Shown: positions 55,345-64,000 of the stretch, in pieces
How positions within the stretch are numbered: position 1 is the first letter of the stretch
Layout: each line of letters opens with the position of its first letter
Source: an archaeon
Lineage (GTDB): Archaea > Aenigmatarchaeota > Aenigmatarchaeia > QMZP01 > JAFGSV01
Reading direction: 5' to 3'
Length of the DNA stretch: 64,000 nucleotides
NCBI GenBank assembly: GCA_028279705.1
Contig: JANQNF010000024.1
Location: 48,257-112,256 of the forward strand
The notes under the pieces: model-generated
The model's input: the letters and a program-made list of their open reading frames with translations, nothing else
What the model was told of the DNA's origin: nothing
Database searches by the model: none
Position numbers and translations under genes: made by a program

Positions 55345-56355
55345 ATGAACTTTGCAAAGAAAATGCTTATTGCCGGAGCAGCGGCTTCATCGCTCTCAAA
55401 TTATTCGCATTCGCAGCAGGAACCAGATTATTCAGGATATTCCGAGTATTATGACAGGACGTATCCTTTGCACAATGCCATACCCCCGGAAGGCTTTCTT
55501 AAAACCGACATGGCATTTACGATTGGTAATGATAATCGCGGCAATCTCCAGACAGACACGGATTTCGAGTTATGCCTTTTCCCAAAAAAGCTCCCTGTCT
55601 GGTGCTACGTAGACCCACTTGAGACCAACGTCATATATTCTAATCGCATCGGTCTCGGATTAAGGTTCAAAGCTGGTAAAAATCTTTACCTGATGCCATC
55701 CATGGACTTTCTTCCAACGGTCTGGACAAGCGAGGAGGAGATGAGAAAAAATGACTATAATTATGAGGGGGGCGACTTTCTCTATAATGACGGTTTTCTG
55801 GGCGCAACCGTTCATGGAACTCTTCTTACAGACGGTAAGCTTTCCTTTGACTTCAGTCCCAGCATCAGGCGGTACCTTGAAACCAAGACAACGGAACTCT
55901 GCTGCCCTGTCACTGCCTGGCTTGAACTGCCGACGGCAAAGAATGGCAATTACGAGAGCGCTCATTTGGGTATAAGCAGGGATATGGGTACCAACGCTTT
56001 AAGTGACCTCTATATCAGACTCAGTCTCGTCACAAAACATGGCGAGGAGTACAGAAACAACTTTTTCCGAGGCGAAAAATGCAGTTTCGAGATAGGTCTT
56101 GGGAGGAAAATCTACGCAGCACCGAATACAGAAACGAGGAAAAGTAATCACAGCCTGATGGCACGCCTTAGAATTGATATAGACGGTTCTGATGAGAAGA
56201 ATAGGAAACGTTTGAAAGGATATGGACAGGGAAATTATCTTGGCGATTGCCAGCCATTGCATCTGCCCGATGAAGAATACAGGGAAAAGCCCCGCAAACA
56301 ACCTAGGCAGGGAAAGATCTTCAGCAGGAAGACTGTGAAGTCTACCGGAAGGTGA
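55345..56355 (+). CDS. secreted beta-rich hypothetical protein
   Basis: N-terminal signal-like segment MNFAKKMLIAGAAASSLS, alternating hydrophobic beta-strand-like pattern, basic C-terminus. Confidence 0.45.
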   Translation: MNFAKKMLIAGAAASSLSNYSHSQQEPDYSGYSEYYDRTYPLHNAIPPEGFLKTDMAFTIGNDNRGNLQTDTDFELCLFPKKLPVWCYVDPLETNVIYSNRIGLGLRFKAGKNLYLMPSMDFLPTVWTSEEEMRKNDYNYEGGDFLYNDGFLGATVHGTLLTDGKLSFDFSPSIRRYLETKTTELCCPVTAWLELPTAKNGNYESAHLGISRDMGTNALSDLYIRLSLVTKHGEEYRNNFFRGEKCSFEIGLGRKIYAAPNTETRKSNHSLMARLRIDIDGSDEKNRKRLKGYGQGNYLGDCQPLHLPDEEYREKPRKQPRQGKIFSRKTVKSTGR

Positions 56356-56414
56356 TCACTGCCAAAACAATTTAAAGGTTTAACCCGATTATATAGAGAT
56401 TAAAAGGTGAAAAA

Positions 56415-56609
56415 ATGATCATACCCGTAAGATGCATAACTTGTGGCAAGCCTGTTGGCCAGTTCTGGGAAGAGTTCAAGACCAGGACTGCAAAGGGCGA
56501 GGACACAAAGAAGGTCCTGGACTCGCTTGGAATAGAGAGGTACTGCTGCAGGTCACTTTTCCTGACACACGTTGACCTGACCGACAAGGTCGGAAGGTTC
56601 CAGAAGTGA
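56415..56609 (+). CDS. rpoN: DNA-directed RNA polymerase subunit N (Rpb10 homolog)
   Basis: MIIPVRCITCGK...RYCCR is the canonical RpoN zinc bundle. Confidence 0.9.
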   Translation: MIIPVRCITCGKPVGQFWEEFKTRTAKGEDTKKVLDSLGIERYCCRSLFLTHVDLTDKVGRFQK

Positions 56610-56614
56610 TTCCT

Positions 56615-56950
56615 TCAAAGTCTCCAGTAGACTGTGAATATCCTTATTATGGCCTGTGCCGTGCAGCCTATCGATACTATAAGGTTGAGCACGAAAAGGA
56701 CAGTCAGTGACCATGTCCATTCCACGCCGAAGACCGATACTATCCATGGAAGTACGTTGAACCATGCAAGCCATGCGTACAATATGACCCCTATTACTGG
56801 TATGAAGCCGAGCAGCAGCGTTATCCCAAGCAGTATCTGCGTCACTATTGCTATTGGTATGCCGATGAAACTGTAAGTGAGAAAGCAAAACAGTATGCCG
56901 AGAACCAGCGCAATCGCGTTGGAATACATGTAAAGCTTTTTCTTTACCAT
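56615..56950 (-). CDS. small polytopic membrane protein, hypothetical
   Basis: Three or four TM helices. I chose the start at MVKKKLYMYS to avoid overlap with the TBP gene. Confidence 0.4.
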   Translation of the reverse strand: MVKKKLYMYSNAIALVLGILFCFLTYSFIGIPIAIVTQILLGITLLLGFIPVIGVILYAWLAWFNVLPWIVSVFGVEWTWSLTVLFVLNLIVSIGCTAQAIIRIFTVYWRL

Positions 56951-56987
56951 AATTACTATTATTCTATAGGACCCTAAAAAATAAAAG

Positions 56988-57551
56988 TTGGTGATTATGA
57001 GCGTTTTGCCCGTGCATATCGAGGATGTGACCATTACAACAGACCTGAGCGTTAGGATACCCCTTGATAACATCGCATCCAACGAAGATGACGCAGATTA
57101 TGATACAGAGAATTCCGATGGTATCGTCTACCGGGTAAAGGAACCGAAAGCAACTGCGCTGATATTTTCTGCAGGAAAGATCGTCTGCACGGGCACAAAA
57201 AGCATCCGTGACGCCGAGGAGGCCATGAGAAACGTCATAAAGAAGCTGAAGGAGCTGGGCATAGAGCACGCGTTTGAAACCGAACCTGACATGGTCATAG
57301 AAAAGATAGTAGCGGCGTTTCGCCTCAAGGATACCGTGGATCTGGATCAGCTGTCGCAGAAGCTCAAGGATGCCGAATACGATACGCAGAAACTCCCCGG
57401 AATAGTATACAGGAACGACGGCATCGATTTCATCATACTCGAGAAAAAGATAATATGCAGCGGTGGCCGCAGCATAAAGGAGATCCAGAAGGCAATGAAG
57501 GACCTGAAAAAGACCATCGAGAAAGCGGGCAGCAAGGTAGATTTCGTATGA
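56988..57551 (+). CDS. tbp: TATA-box-binding protein
   Basis: Two direct TBP repeats (IVYRVKEPKATALIFSAGKIVCTG..., IVYRNDGIDFIILEKKIICSG...) and an acidic tail. Confidence 0.9.
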   Translation: MVIMSVLPVHIEDVTITTDLSVRIPLDNIASNEDDADYDTENSDGIVYRVKEPKATALIFSAGKIVCTGTKSIRDAEEAMRNVIKKLKELGIEHAFETEPDMVIEKIVAAFRLKDTVDLDQLSQKLKDAEYDTQKLPGIVYRNDGIDFIILEKKIICSGGRSIKEIQKAMKDLKKTIEKAGSKVDFV

Positions 57552-58180
57552 TTTCTGTCGCAGAGATGCGCGAAGCCGAGAAGCGGGCAATCGGTGCAGG
57601 TATGACCGAGGCCGAGCTCATGGAGAACGCGGGAATGGGCGCTGCAGTGATCGTGGATTCTGAGATAAAACTTGAGGGCAAGGCTGTTTTTGTTTTCTGC
57701 GGTACGGGAAACAATGCCGGCGATGGCCTCGTTTTCGCAGGAGATGCACTTGAAATGGGCGCAAATGTCACCATATTCTTCGTAAAGGGTACTGATGAGC
57801 TAAAGCCTCTTCCAAGAATGCATTACGAAAGGCTTTTGGGGCTGCGTGAAAATGGAAAGCCTGTCGGGTTTGAGGAAAACGTGCAAAATCCCGTGAAAGC
57901 AGACGTGCTGGTCGACGCCATGCTCGGAACCGGGCTCAGGGGCAGCGCTGACGATACTTATTCGGATAACATACGTTTGTTCAATTCGTCAGACGGGTTC
58001 AAGGTTTCACTGGACTGCCCTTCCGGGCTCGACGCCGATACAGGTCAAGTGATGGGGATTTCCGTGAAACCGGACATGACCGTGACATTCCACGATGTCA
58101 AGAGTGGTATGGACGAAAACAACTCTGGCCGCGTGGAAGTAGTTGAAATAGGCATACCTGTAAACAAAAACGAGCACTAG
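57548..58180 (+). CDS. YjeF-N domain protein (NAD(P)H-hydrate epimerase)
   Basis: FVFCGTGNNAGDGLV signature. Its ATG overlaps the tbp stop. Confidence 0.7.
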   Translation: MISVAEMREAEKRAIGAGMTEAELMENAGMGAAVIVDSEIKLEGKAVFVFCGTGNNAGDGLVFAGDALEMGANVTIFFVKGTDELKPLPRMHYERLLGLRENGKPVGFEENVQNPVKADVLVDAMLGTGLRGSADDTYSDNIRLFNSSDGFKVSLDCPSGLDADTGQVMGISVKPDMTVTFHDVKSGMDENNSGRVEVVEIGIPVNKNEH

Positions 58181-58285
58181 GTCACTCTTAACAGGAAAAA
58201 TGAAAATGATTTTTGTTGCAATGTTTATACTTTTGTTTTTAAGTAGAAAAAACCAAATAGAATTGTATATTGTCTGGTGTGAAAA

Positions 58286-59470
58286 ATGAAGATATGCTAC
58301 TTCTACCTGCACAGGATGGCCGGCAGAGGCTCCGGGAGGTACATGCAGTCGCTTCTCAGCTATTTCAAGCCCAGAAAACACGAAATAACCGTTGTCGAGG
58401 GCATGCGCTCAAAGCTCAAGGTCCTAAAGGGCCTTGATGTAAAGTACGTTCATTTCCCCTTCCAGATACCGGTTTACCAGGGAAGGGCCGATGTGAAGAA
58501 GAACGTAAAGATATCCACCATTCCTGACTCCCAGATATTCAGCCTGTCACGCAGGTTTGCCGAGTGGGGAGTGAAGATAAACGAGAGGAGGGGGCTTGAC
58601 GTGATTCACGTCAATCACGTAGGCGTTCTTCCGTTTGCGGCAAACATGGCAAAGCAGATAAACGGCGTCCCATACGTCGTGACAGCGCACGGGACTGGCA
58701 TGCTCTCATCACTTGAAAGCAAGAGGAATTTCGATATGGCCAAGACAGGTCTTGACGGGTCTGAAAAGATCATGGCAAACAGCAAGTTCACAAAGAAGCA
58801 GCTGGTAGACGATTTTGGCGTACAGAAGAACAAGATAAAGGTAATCTACCCCGGAGTAAACACCGACGTCTTCAAGGCAGCCTCATCCAGGGTGAGAAGC
58901 GCCATAAAGAGAAAGTATGGGTGCAAGAACAAGAGAGTGATCTTCTCTTCAGGTTTCTTCACAGAAGAAAAAGGATTCCAGTACCTGCTTGAGGCTGCAA
59001 GCGTGTACGAAAAAGAGGACCCGAACATAGTAACGCTGATCACAGGGCAGGGCTCTTACCAAAAGGAGATGTTAAGACTGATAAAAAAGTACAAGCTCAA
59101 GAACACGAAGATACTTGGATGGGTGATGAGAAAGGACCTGATAAAGCTTTACGGCGCTGCAGATATTTTTGTCACTCCCTCTATATGGAACGAGCCTTTC
59201 GGCCTCGTCTCTGTCGAGGCCCTTGCTTCAAGTACACCTGTCATCGCAACCAAGATGGGTGGCATTCCTGAGATAGTAACAAAGGACGTCGGTGAGGTCA
59301 TAGAATCCAAATCGGCGAGAGCCATATCGGACACGGTCTTAAACAGGATAAACGATGAGGCTTGGCTCAAGAAGAGGGGAAAGAAAGGAAGGCAGATGGT
59401 CATAGACCACTTCTCGGTCAAATCGTGCGGAAGGGAGACCGAAAAGGTTTACAAAAAGGCAATCAAGTGA
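58286..59470 (+). CDS. glycosyltransferase family 4 (GT-B)
   Basis: C-terminal EPFGLVSVEALASSTPVIATKMGGIPE motif (EX7E region). Confidence 0.75.
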   Translation: MKICYFYLHRMAGRGSGRYMQSLLSYFKPRKHEITVVEGMRSKLKVLKGLDVKYVHFPFQIPVYQGRADVKKNVKISTIPDSQIFSLSRRFAEWGVKINERRGLDVIHVNHVGVLPFAANMAKQINGVPYVVTAHGTGMLSSLESKRNFDMAKTGLDGSEKIMANSKFTKKQLVDDFGVQKNKIKVIYPGVNTDVFKAASSRVRSAIKRKYGCKNKRVIFSSGFFTEEKGFQYLLEAASVYEKEDPNIVTLITGQGSYQKEMLRLIKKYKLKNTKILGWVMRKDLIKLYGAADIFVTPSIWNEPFGLVSVEALASSTPVIATKMGGIPEIVTKDVGEVIESKSARAISDTVLNRINDEAWLKKRGKKGRQMVIDHFSVKSCGRETEKVYKKAIK

Positions 59471-59493
59471 TCTAGCCTTTCATGAGTTTCTGA

Positions 59494-60708
59494 CTATTTT
59501 ATTATCCTGTCAGATCCAGTCTTTTTCCATTCAACTTTTCTGCCAAAAATGTAGCTGTAGAAACCCATGAAAGCGGCAATCATGTTCACGAAACCTATGA
59601 ATGGGTCCAGGAACATGATAAGGAAGAATGATCGATCTTTGTGCTTTAAAACAAAATAAACGATCAGCGTGAACACGAAGACTCTCAGCAACATCACTGC
59701 GTACCATATCACAATGAGATTTCCCAGATAACCGACGAGTGTAGGTGTAGTGCTCACCAAGACACTCAAGACAGCGTCAGTTGCGAGAGTTACGAAAAGC
59801 AGCGTGTAAAGCAGCAAATCGCCTAGATACATGAATTCGACGTACGGAATTATGAAGAGGCCGAACCTGCCGTATTTCCTCCTTCCAAATGTGCCATCGT
59901 AACCTTTCAGAGCGATCTCTGCCGTTCCCTTGGCACCTCTTGGGTTCCTGACGAAAACCTCCCTCATATATCTCAGTACCCCTACTTTACCTTCCACGTT
60001 CTGACTGAATACTACCTTGAGACCTTTCTTACGTAGATGGAGCGCCATGTAAAGATCATCCGCTATCAGCTCATCATTCTCAGGTATGTCAGCCAGATCC
60101 TTCTTCCGCATGGCACATGGTGATGCGGAGAAATAAACGGACGAATCTATGCGCGTGAACAGCCGATGTCTCACGAACGTTTTCAGTAATCTGAGAGCGT
60201 CCCATCTGCTGAAAATGCCTTTTTTGTAGTTCACCGGGGTCCTTTTTCCAAATACTGCGCCAACTCTCTCATCGACCAGGTATTTCACGCTTTCCCTGAC
60301 GCATGATGGCGAGACCACAACGTCAGAATCAGAAATCAGTATGACAGGATTTTTGGCCTTCTTGATCGCGAAGAGCACGGCACCGAGTTTGCTCTTGGTA
60401 TTTCCTGAAATATACTTGATTATATTGTGCTTTTTCGAGTACTTTTTTATTATCTCCGGAGTGCTGTCCGTGGAGTTGTCGGAGCATATTATCTCTATCT
60501 TATCTTTCGGATAGTCCACTTTCAGCCATGCCTCTATCACATCAGCTATCATCTTCTCCTCGTTTCTGCTTGGTATTATGACTGAAACCTTTGGAACATA
60601 GTTCTTATCTTCTTTGTACTTGGGACGCATGACCGACCCGAAAAATGAGATAAAGGAATTTATCAATACTATGAGAACAATCAGCAAGAATATGGGCCAG
60701 CTTAACAT
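59494..60708 (-). CDS. membrane glycosyltransferase family 2 (GT-A) with N- and C-terminal TM helices
   Basis: VSVIIPSRNEE, DxD-like SDSD, C-terminal multi-TM region. Resembles processive GT2 synthases. Confidence 0.7.
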   Translation of the reverse strand: MLSWPIFLLIVLIVLINSFISFFGSVMRPKYKEDKNYVPKVSVIIPSRNEEKMIADVIEAWLKVDYPKDKIEIICSDNSTDSTPEIIKKYSKKHNIIKYISGNTKSKLGAVLFAIKKAKNPVILISDSDVVVSPSCVRESVKYLVDERVGAVFGKRTPVNYKKGIFSRWDALRLLKTFVRHRLFTRIDSSVYFSASPCAMRKKDLADIPENDELIADDLYMALHLRKKGLKVVFSQNVEGKVGVLRYMREVFVRNPRGAKGTAEIALKGYDGTFGRRKYGRFGLFIIPYVEFMYLGDLLLYTLLFVTLATDAVLSVLVSTTPTLVGYLGNLIVIWYAVMLLRVFVFTLIVYFVLKHKDRSFFLIMFLDPFIGFVNMIAAFMGFYSYIFGRKVEWKKTGSDRIIK

Positions 60709-60711
60709 CCA

Positions 60712-61896
60712 CTAACCTCTGCCCTTTAGTAAATCCTTGTAGACTTTCAGCACTTTCGGCACTTGTGCACTGATAGAGAACTTCTCATATACGACTTTTC
60801 GGTTGTTCTTTCCCATCCTTTTTGCTGTTTCATTGTCAGAGAGTATCTTGTGCATGGCATCCGCGAGCTGCCTCACATTCTTCATCTCGACGAGGAATCC
60901 GTTGTACCCGTTTTTCACTATTTCCGGAACTCCGCCTCCTTTGGTCCCTATCACAGGCTTTCCACAAGCACCAGCTTCTATGAACTGGAGGCCGAATGGC
61001 TCGCCTATTGCCGACGGATTGATGACAAGATCGCAGGAGGAATAAAGTGATGGAAGTTCCGAATCCGGAAGCACGCCGGGGAAGAATAATATATTCTTTT
61101 CAATTCCAAGAGACTTTGCCTCGCTGGTGATCTGTTTCTGCAGCTTCATCACGTCTTTTTTAAGAAGTTTTTCGTATCCTGGAAGCAGAATCTTGAAATC
61201 CTTGAACTTCTTCATCGTAATAGACGCAGCTTTCAGTAAGATGAATATCCCTCTTTTAGTGGCCTGGCCCTTGTTGAAAAGCGGTATCGGGGAGAATATA
61301 AGCTTTTCATCATCCCTTATCCCGAATTTTTTCCTGTATATAGGTTCAATGGGCTTGTAAACGTCCGTGTCGACAGTGTTGTACACCATGGTCGTTTTCC
61401 CCTTTTCTGCACCGTTTTTGATCGAGAATCTTGCCATATCGTTTGTAATAGGGAAAAAGTGGTCCCAGCCGATATCTATAAGAGAGGGGTCACCGTAACT
61501 GTGCAGAGACATGATTACAGGCACTCCCAGTGTTTTTCCAACCCTGTATAATGAAAGAGACTGCTGGTATGAATCCTTTCCTTTGAACTCCAGGGAAGGC
61601 AGGACTTTGTGTAAGTTGTGTGCGTGAATTATGTCTATCTTTTTTCGTGTTATGAAATCACTTATCGCCTTGTATGTCGCATCAGCGTCGTAACCCACGA
61701 CCAGCTCTTTCATTCTGAAAACTTTTGCACCCTTTATGGTCTCCTCATCGGGAAGATTTTTTTCCTGTCTCGTGATCACGTATACTTCTACATTCCTTTT
61801 CAGAAGATATTTTATCATGTTTTCCATGACAGTTGCAGTACCTGTAATCCTGGGCTTGTAATACCACGTTGGCATACATACCCTTATTTTACCCAT
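60712..61896 (-). CDS. glycosyltransferase family 4
   Basis: GEPFGLQFIEAGACGKPVIGTKGGGVPE motif. Confidence 0.75.
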   Translation of the reverse strand: MGKIRVCMPTWYYKPRITGTATVMENMIKYLLKRNVEVYVITRQEKNLPDEETIKGAKVFRMKELVVGYDADATYKAISDFITRKKIDIIHAHNLHKVLPSLEFKGKDSYQQSLSLYRVGKTLGVPVIMSLHSYGDPSLIDIGWDHFFPITNDMARFSIKNGAEKGKTTMVYNTVDTDVYKPIEPIYRKKFGIRDDEKLIFSPIPLFNKGQATKRGIFILLKAASITMKKFKDFKILLPGYEKLLKKDVMKLQKQITSEAKSLGIEKNILFFPGVLPDSELPSLYSSCDLVINPSAIGEPFGLQFIEAGACGKPVIGTKGGGVPEIVKNGYNGFLVEMKNVRQLADAMHKILSDNETAKRMGKNNRKVVYEKFSISAQVPKVLKVYKDLLKGRG

Positions 61897-61956
61897 ACAT
61901 TATTTATGGCGCATTTTCAATAAAAATGATTGTGTAACGCGTAAATACGTGATGAT

Positions 61957-63057
61957 ATGAACGTTTCAATGCTGGCTTATGAGCTTTTCCCTTTCAACCT
62001 AGGTGGTTTAGGCATCCATATTAAATACATCGCGGATAGTCTTTCCAGACTCTGTGATCTTGAAGTTGTCATGCCATTCGACATGAATGCGAGCGGGATA
62101 AAAGTAGTTCCGGTTCCGGTAAATGGTGCAAAAAGCCTGGTGAAGGTCAAATATGACCCCGAAATGGTGAGGCACTATAACAAGGTTCTGGTGAAGAGAT
62201 TTGAAGGGAATAACACTGATGTAGTCCATTCGCATGACTGGGTGACGGCTGACGGCGGGAGGAGAGTGAAAGAGGAATTCGGCATCCCGTTCGTTTTGAC
62301 ACTCCATTCGACGATGCTCGGTAAAAAGAAGTACCTTGGAACCTTCAAGGAGAGCAGGTACGGTCTCGAAAAATCACTTTATTCTGCTGACAGGATAATC
62401 GCCGTCAGTGGCAAAATCAAAGAAGAACTTGTTGACCTGTATTCTGTTGACCCGAAAATCATAAGAGTGGTATACAATGGCATAGATTCGGGCGGTTTCT
62501 CAACAGGAGACGAAAATAAATACATATTTTTCATAGGACGGATATCCCCGATGAAAGGAATAGAATACCTTCTCGAATCGTTCGCGGGCATAATCGACGA
62601 CTACAGAGATTACAAACTCGTCATATGCGGAGAGGGAGACGTTGATTATGTGGATGAAATTAAAGAGCGCTGCAGGAAGCTGAAAATCGACAGGAAAGTG
62701 CAGTTTATAGGAAGAGTGGACCAGAAGAAGCTGAATAAGCTGTATTCAGAGAGCACTATCGTATGCCTTCCATCAATATACGAACCCTTCGGCCTCACTG
62801 TACTTGAAGGCGCAGCAAGCGGCAAGCCTGTCATAACGACTTCCATGAGCGGCGCATCCGAGATAATAGATAACTGGAAGAATGCTGTTGTAGTGAAACC
62901 GAAAGATTCTGCCGAATTGTCAATGGCGATGAAAAAACTCCTCGACAACGCCGAGCTAAGAAATAATATATCCAAAAACGCACTGAAACTCGCGAAACAG
63001 TATTCGTGGGACAAGGCAGCCAAGGAAACGCTGAATGTTTACAAAGAAATCGCCTAG
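61957..63057 (+). CDS. glycosyltransferase family 4
   Basis: YEPFGLTVLEGAASGKPVITTSMSGASE motif. Confidence 0.75.
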   Translation: MNVSMLAYELFPFNLGGLGIHIKYIADSLSRLCDLEVVMPFDMNASGIKVVPVPVNGAKSLVKVKYDPEMVRHYNKVLVKRFEGNNTDVVHSHDWVTADGGRRVKEEFGIPFVLTLHSTMLGKKKYLGTFKESRYGLEKSLYSADRIIAVSGKIKEELVDLYSVDPKIIRVVYNGIDSGGFSTGDENKYIFFIGRISPMKGIEYLLESFAGIIDDYRDYKLVICGEGDVDYVDEIKERCRKLKIDRKVQFIGRVDQKKLNKLYSESTIVCLPSIYEPFGLTVLEGAASGKPVITTSMSGASEIIDNWKNAVVVKPKDSAELSMAMKKLLDNAELRNNISKNALKLAKQYSWDKAAKETLNVYKEIA

Positions 63058-64000
63058 AACTTCTCGTACAGCGACGATAGCCGATCGGAGACGTTTTCCC
63101 ACGAGAAATACTTCACTGCACGTTCTCTTCCCCTCTTTTTAAGACTTTCGTATTTCTTCCTGTTCTCCAGCAAACTGATCACCTTATCTGCGATGTCGGT
63201 AGGATTTTTGGGCTTTATGAGAATACCGGAATCTCCAATAACCTCTGGTATTCCCCCGACCTTTGTCGCAATGACGGGTGTTCCGCACGCCATGGATTCC
63301 ACGAGTGTCATTCCGAAGGCTTCGTAGACCGCCGGGTGTACAAGCACTGTCGCTTCCTGGAAGTATCTTATCAGTTCACCCTCATTCTGCGCGTCGAGGA
63401 ATCTGACACCATCAAAGCTTTCTTTTTTTACCTGTTGCACATATTCGCTCTTCTCGTTCCTCTTGCCCACTATCTGAAGTTCCGCATCAGGTATTTGTTT
63501 TTTTATTTCCTTGAATGCGCGCACGAGATATATCACACCCTTTCTCGATATAAGATTTCCCACGAACAGGAGTCTTGTTCCCGGGGATTTTTTTCTTGGT
63601 ACATAACGTTTGACATCGACACCATTGTACAGGAGTTTAAGCTTACTTTTTTCCACGCCCTTTTTCAGGTAGTATTTTAAAAGATCCTCAGATACTGCAA
63701 CTACAATATCTGCACGTTCAACCCCTTTGAAGAATTCCGGGAATAAAGGGAAGCTTTTTGTCAGGCCTTCCACACGGTTATGAAGATGCATTATGACAGG
63801 CTTTTTAGGTTCCGTGTACGCAAGATATTCTGGTCTCTGGTGAAAATGAAAAATATCCGTATCGTGGCGTTCAATTTCTTTTTTCAGAAAATGTGCATAA
63901 GACCATGAGGTTATGTGTTTTTTATTGAGGTACCATCGTACCGGTGACACCTTCAGATATTTCTTGATATAATGCTCCTCGATCTTCGACAGCTTCTTGG
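63054..64000 (-). CDS. glycosyltransferase family 4, N-terminus beyond window end
   Basis: YEAFGMTLVESMACGTPVIATKVGGIPE motif. The ORF remains open to the window edge. Confidence 0.65.
   Translation of the reverse strand, partial: KKLSKIEEHYIKKYLKVSPVRWYLNKKHITSWSYAHFLKKEIERHDTDIFHFHQRPEYLAYTEPKKPVIMHLHNRVEGLTKSFPLFPEFFKGVERADIVVAVSEDLLKYYLKKGVEKSKLKLLYNGVDVKRYVPRKKSPGTRLLFVGNLISRKGVIYLVRAFKEIKKQIPDAELQIVGKRNEKSEYVQQVKKESFDGVRFLDAQNEGELIRYFQEATVLVHPAVYEAFGMTLVESMACGTPVIATKVGGIPEVIGDSGILIKPKNPTDIADKVISLLENRKKYESLKKRGRERAVKYFSWENVSDRLSSLYEKF

Noticed and set aside
55345-56355. Outer-membrane beta-barrel (porin) interpretation of the secreted protein
   Set aside because: The genomic context is archaeal with no sign of an outer membrane. 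There is no C-terminal aromatic signature and the tail is basic and disordered. I kept it only as a beta-rich secreted hypothetical.
1-64000. CRISPR arrays, rRNA genes, IS elements with terminal inverted repeats
   Set aside because: I scanned for regularly spaced short repeats, rRNA-like conserved blocks and transposase motifs and found none. The only repeats seen are those reported above.

Overview
This window reads as an archaeal chromosomal segment, most likely from a euryarchaeote. The marks for that are an A1AO (A/V-type) ATP synthase operon whose atpA carries a full-size intein, archaeal-type RpoN, TBP, Pth2, prefoldin alpha, S8e, L37e, an Sm-like protein, GatE and GGGP synthase, full-length tandem Lrp/AsnC regulators, and tRNAs with introns. 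It is gene-dense and carries housekeeping genes, about 80 calls in total, but several accessory islands are embedded in it. (1) At 1015-3361 a 29-nt direct repeat copies the 3' end of an intron-containing tRNA-Tyr, and the two copies bracket a roughly 2.1-kb insert carrying a RelE/ParE-like toxin-antitoxin pair and a PQQ-like beta-propeller gene. That is the signature of an integrated-element remnant. (2) At 19090-19648 there is a DUF4258-like plus Zn-ribbon/AbrB toxin-antitoxin-like pair. (3) Directly next to it, at 19661-24566, sits a tightly overlapping five-gene minus-strand operon of uncharacterised proteins. The five are a TPR plus two beta-sandwich domain protein, a flotillin/SPFH-like coiled-coil protein, two small helical proteins, and a Zn-ribbon protein. 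I rate this the best candidate for an undescribed system. (4) Class-III-signal pilin genes are tandemly duplicated at 16182-17251, with an A24 prepilin peptidase about 10 kb away. (5) A surface-glycoprotein pair with a divergent AT-rich promoter lies at 26923-30232, and a five-glycosyltransferase cluster of lower GC at 58286-64000. Other points worth a look are an MC1-type chromatin protein, two unusual gene fusions (an APC permease fused to a SAM methyltransferase, and KsgA fused to a HAD phosphatase), a DRG GTPase operon with an acidic partner and an RPA32-like OB/wH protein, and a low-GC PRPP synthetase gene beside tRNA-Lys. I found no CRISPR array and no rRNA.
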